Source: Selaginella moellendorffii | Lineage: Eukaryota; Plantae; Lycopodiophyta | Assembly (NCBI RefSeq): GCF_000143415.4 | Contig: NW_003314365.1 | Span: 263,902-327,901 of the forward strand | Direction of reading: 5' to 3' | Length of the DNA stretch: 64,000 nt | Shown here: piece by piece, positions 60,501 through 64,000 of the stretch | Numbering within the stretch: the first letter of the stretch is position 1 | Layout: the number at the start of each line of letters is the position of its first letter | Position numbers and translations under genes: made by a program | Notes under the pieces: model-generated | Seen by the model: the letters and a program-made list of their open reading frames with translations, nothing else | Told to the model about the DNA's origin: nothing | The model's database searches: none

Positions 60501-63500
60501 ATCAGGTAACATTACAACTTACCTGTTCCAATTTTACATTTTATTTTTGCTCCTACAGTGACATAACGAATTCAGCACAGAAGGAGCTCAACATTGAAAT
60601 GGACCTGAAAAAAATGGCTGAAATATGGAAAGAGCAGCAATTTGAAATATTCAAATACAACAAGGACGGCATGGATCGGGGCTGGGCATTAAAATCCACA
60701 GAACCTATCGTTGTACTGCTCGAAGATATGATGCTTAACCTTCAGAGCATGGTGAGCTCGCGCTTTGTGCGTGCATTCTTGAACGAAGTAAATAACTGGG
60801 AGAGAAAGTTGAGCCTCATTGGAGAGGTCATCGACATCTTAATGCAGGTATTCTTCCCACTTTTTCCACTTACTCATGTAACCATCGATTTATGATCTGT
60901 GTAGGTGCAAAGGAAGTGGATGTACTTGGAAAGCATATTTATCTCAGATGATATTCGACATCAGCTGCCCGATGAGGCCAAGCGTTTTGATAATATCGAC
61001 AAGACCTGGAAGAAGATAATGAATGAAACTGTTAAAAATCCAAATATAGTGGATGCCTGCACGGCACCAGATCGGCTTGCGACGCTCAATGTTCTTTACA
61101 CGCAGCTGGAAACTTGTCAAAAGAGTCTGACAGAGTAAGAGCTTTTCTGTTCTGCTTTCTTTTTTCAGTACTGTTTTGACCTGCCGGAAAATGCAGGTAC
61201 TTGGACACAAAGAGAAATGCGTTTCCACGTTTTTTCTTTGTTTCTGATGATGAGCTTCTCTCAGTTTTGGGCAGCTCTGATCCAACTGCTATTCAGGAAC
61301 ACATGCTCAAACTTTTTGACAATTGTGCAGCTTTAGACTTTGGAGAGCGGTCAAAAACTGTTGTCGGGATGAAATCATCTGAAGGTGAAACATATGCCTT
61401 ACGGGCTCCTATATCAACAGATGGGCCTGTCGAAGTTTGGATGAAAAAGGTGGAAGCTGAAATGAGGCGTTCGCTATATCAAATATCTAAGGAAGGTGTG
61501 TATCACTATGCCAAGGCAAGGCGTACCAAGTGGATTACAGACAATCTCGGTATGGTTACCCTTGTTGGGAGTCAAATATGGTGGACATGGGAGGTTGAAG
61601 ATGCTTTCAACAGTGTGCGGTCTGGTAACAAAAATTCCATGAAAGTCTTTAGCTTCAAGTTGACAGATCAGCTTAACGAGCTAGTTGGAATGGTTCGCTC
61701 CGATTTGAGTAATCTACAGCGAAAGAAGGTTCAATGGTTTAAAAGTCTTTTCCTCGAGTGACATGAAGCTTTACGCAGGTGAATGCGTTGATCATTATTG
61801 AGGTGCATGCAAGAGATATAATAGATACGTTTGTCCGAGACAGTATTCTGGACCACAGAGAGTTTGCCTGGGAGAGCCAGCTGCGTTTTTACTGGGACCG
61901 GGAGGTTGACGATATAGTCATAAGGTTGGATGGCTGTAGTAACTTGTGTTTCACCATACGTTTCTGATTGCAGGCAATGTACTGGACAGTTTCTTTTTGG
62001 CTACGAATACATGGGTCTAAACGGAAGGCTCGTCATTACTGCTTTAACCGATCGATGCTATATGACTCTAACAACTGCTCTTACTTACCGTCTTGGAGGC
62101 GCTCCCGCTGGCCCAGCAGGAACAGGCAAGACCGAGACGACAAAAGATCTCGCAAAATCTATGGCGTTACTTTGTGTCGTTTTTAATTGTGGTGATGGTC
62201 TGGACTACAAGGTTAGTCCAAAGAAGCTCTTGCTTTGGAAAAGCTTACGGTTCTCCTTTTTCACTGTGCAGGCCATGGGGTCGATTTTCTCTGGTCTCGT
62301 GCAATGCGGAGCTTGGGGTTGCTTTGACGAGTTCAATCGCATCGAAGCCGAAGTTTTGTCTGTCGTTTCTTCCCAGATTAAGCAAATTCAAGTTTTGTAA
62401 ACTTCTGTCAAAGACTTCATGCTGATCGATTTTTCCTGCAGGAAGCCTTGAAAAACAACCTCAAAAAGTTTCAATTTGAGGGGAAGGAGATAGCTCTTGA
62501 TTCGAGGACAGGAATTTTTATTACAATGAATCCAGGTTATGCCGGCAGAACGGAGCTGCCTGACAACTTGAAGGCTCTGTTTCGTCCAGTGACAATGATC
62601 GTGCCTGACTTGCAGCAAATCTGCGAGATCATGCTTTTCTCTGAAGGGTACGGTTTTCCTGTTATGAAAGGAGCTCTCTAACTCCCTTTGCTGCAGTTTT
62701 GACACAGCAAAAGTTCTAGCAAAGAAGATGACTGTACTTTACAAGCTTGCAAGGGAGCAACTGTCCAAGCAATACCACTATGACTTTGGCCTTCGTGCCC
62801 TGAAGTCAGTGCTAGTAATGGCAGGGGCATTGAAACGTGGTGCTCCTGACATGAGTGAACAGCTGGTGCTTATGCGAGCACTTCGTGACATGAACCTGCC
62901 GAAGTTCATATTCGAGGACGTACCGTTATTCCTTGGTCTTATTAACGACTTGTTCCCTGGCCTGGATTGTCCTCGTGTGCGCTATCCGTCATTCAATGAC
63001 ATTGTTGAACACGACTTGGAGGTACATAAGCTTGCTAGCAGTGAAAGGCAGCTCTTAGCTGATGGCATCTTGGATTACAGGAAAATGGCTACCTGGTCAT
63101 GACCGGTCCGAGTGAACAGGTTGATAAAGTTATTCAGCTATACGAAACTATGCTCACTAGACATACCACCATGGTTGTCGGACCAACCGGAGGTGGTAAG
63201 AGCGTGATCATACAAACGCTTGCACGAGCTCAGACTAAACTCAATTGTCCAACCAAGTTGAGCATTATAAACCCAAAGGCTCAGCCTACGACTGAGCTCT
63301 ACGGTTTGATGGGTAAGGACATGGTATTTCTTTTATTTGCTTGATAAGAAACTGTATGCAGATCCTGAGACTCGAGACTGGACGGATGGTCTACTTTCAA
63401 ATATATTTCGAGAAATGAACAAGCCTCTTGCTCCAGATAGAAACGATAGGTTCTACCTCGTATTCGATGGAGACGTGGACGCTCTGTGGGTAGAGGATAT

Positions 63501-64000
63501 GAACAGTGTGATGGATGACAACAAGCTGCTCACTCTTCCGAATGGAGAGCGAATCCGTTTGCAGAATCATTGTAAGCTGCTTTTTGAGGTACGAGGACTT
63601 CGATTTTCCCCTTACTTGATTACTTTATATTCCTTGCTCCCGTAGGTGTCGGATTTGCAGTACGCTTCACCAGCTACCGTAAGTAGGTGTGGGATGGTCT
63701 TTGTCGACTCTAAGAATTTGGGATTCAAACCGTATATTTGGAAATGGGTCAACAAACGAGCCAAGTAGGGATTTTGCATTTGTTTGGCTGGATTTACATT
63801 TCTAGATGTTACAGTAAGGAGGAAGCTGGATTATTGAACGAACTATTCGAGAAGTACGCACAAAAATGCATAGAATACGTGCTGGAAGGCGTAACAGAGG
63901 AGGAAATCACTTCTCCTTTGGTATTGACAATTCCGCTTACCAACCTGAATATGGCTGCTCAACTGTGCACTCTTTTAGAAGCTATCCTGACAGAAGATCA
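54568..64000 (+). CDS. DNAH10: Axonemal inner-arm I1/f dynein heavy chain 1-alpha (DHC1/DNAH10); 5' portion only, continues past the window
   Basis: [53 protein letters not shown]1 loop [18 protein letters not shown]2 loop GPTGGGKS and [19 protein letters not shown]. Dozens of short GT-AG introns. Confidence 0.95.

Overview
Eukaryotic nuclear DNA from a seed-free land plant. The very short introns, tiny intergenic spacers, expanded PLS-PPR genes and axonemal dynein genes are most consistent with a lycophyte such as Selaginella (inference). Bases 1-15,000 are a nested transposon island. It holds a dead hAT (BED + DUF659) transposase hit by three LTR insertions, two with resolvable 5-bp TSDs. 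It also holds Helitron-like elements carrying captured PPR and 2OG-dioxygenase fragments, an 18S rRNA fragment, a decayed P-loop NTPase, and a full-length but decayed Ty3/Gypsy chromovirus with 112-bp LTRs. Bases 15,000-64,000 are gene-dense: PPRs, an intronless Crinkler-like REase-fold ORF, an HMA protein, EDR4-like, MORN3, a papain protease, AUG4, a divergent TrpRS, DGD1, RLPH, SDP with a truncated tandem duplicate, ASP3-like, MHF1, a trihelix factor, an ARM protein, ycf20, a ZMYND12-like gene, and the 5' part of inner-arm dynein heavy chain DNAH10/DHC1. Best leads: (1) an intact TrpRS paralog that keeps the catalytic motifs but has lost the anticodon-reading elements; (2) Crinkler-type REase and NTPase modules resembling fungal families; (3) runs of co-directional genes separated by only 41-109 nt, possibly polycistronic; (4) a ZMYND12-like protein whose MYND finger seems replaced by a Ski/SNF5-like winged-helix domain; (5) Helitrons carrying antisense PPR fragments. 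All family assignments are by eye; no database searches were run.
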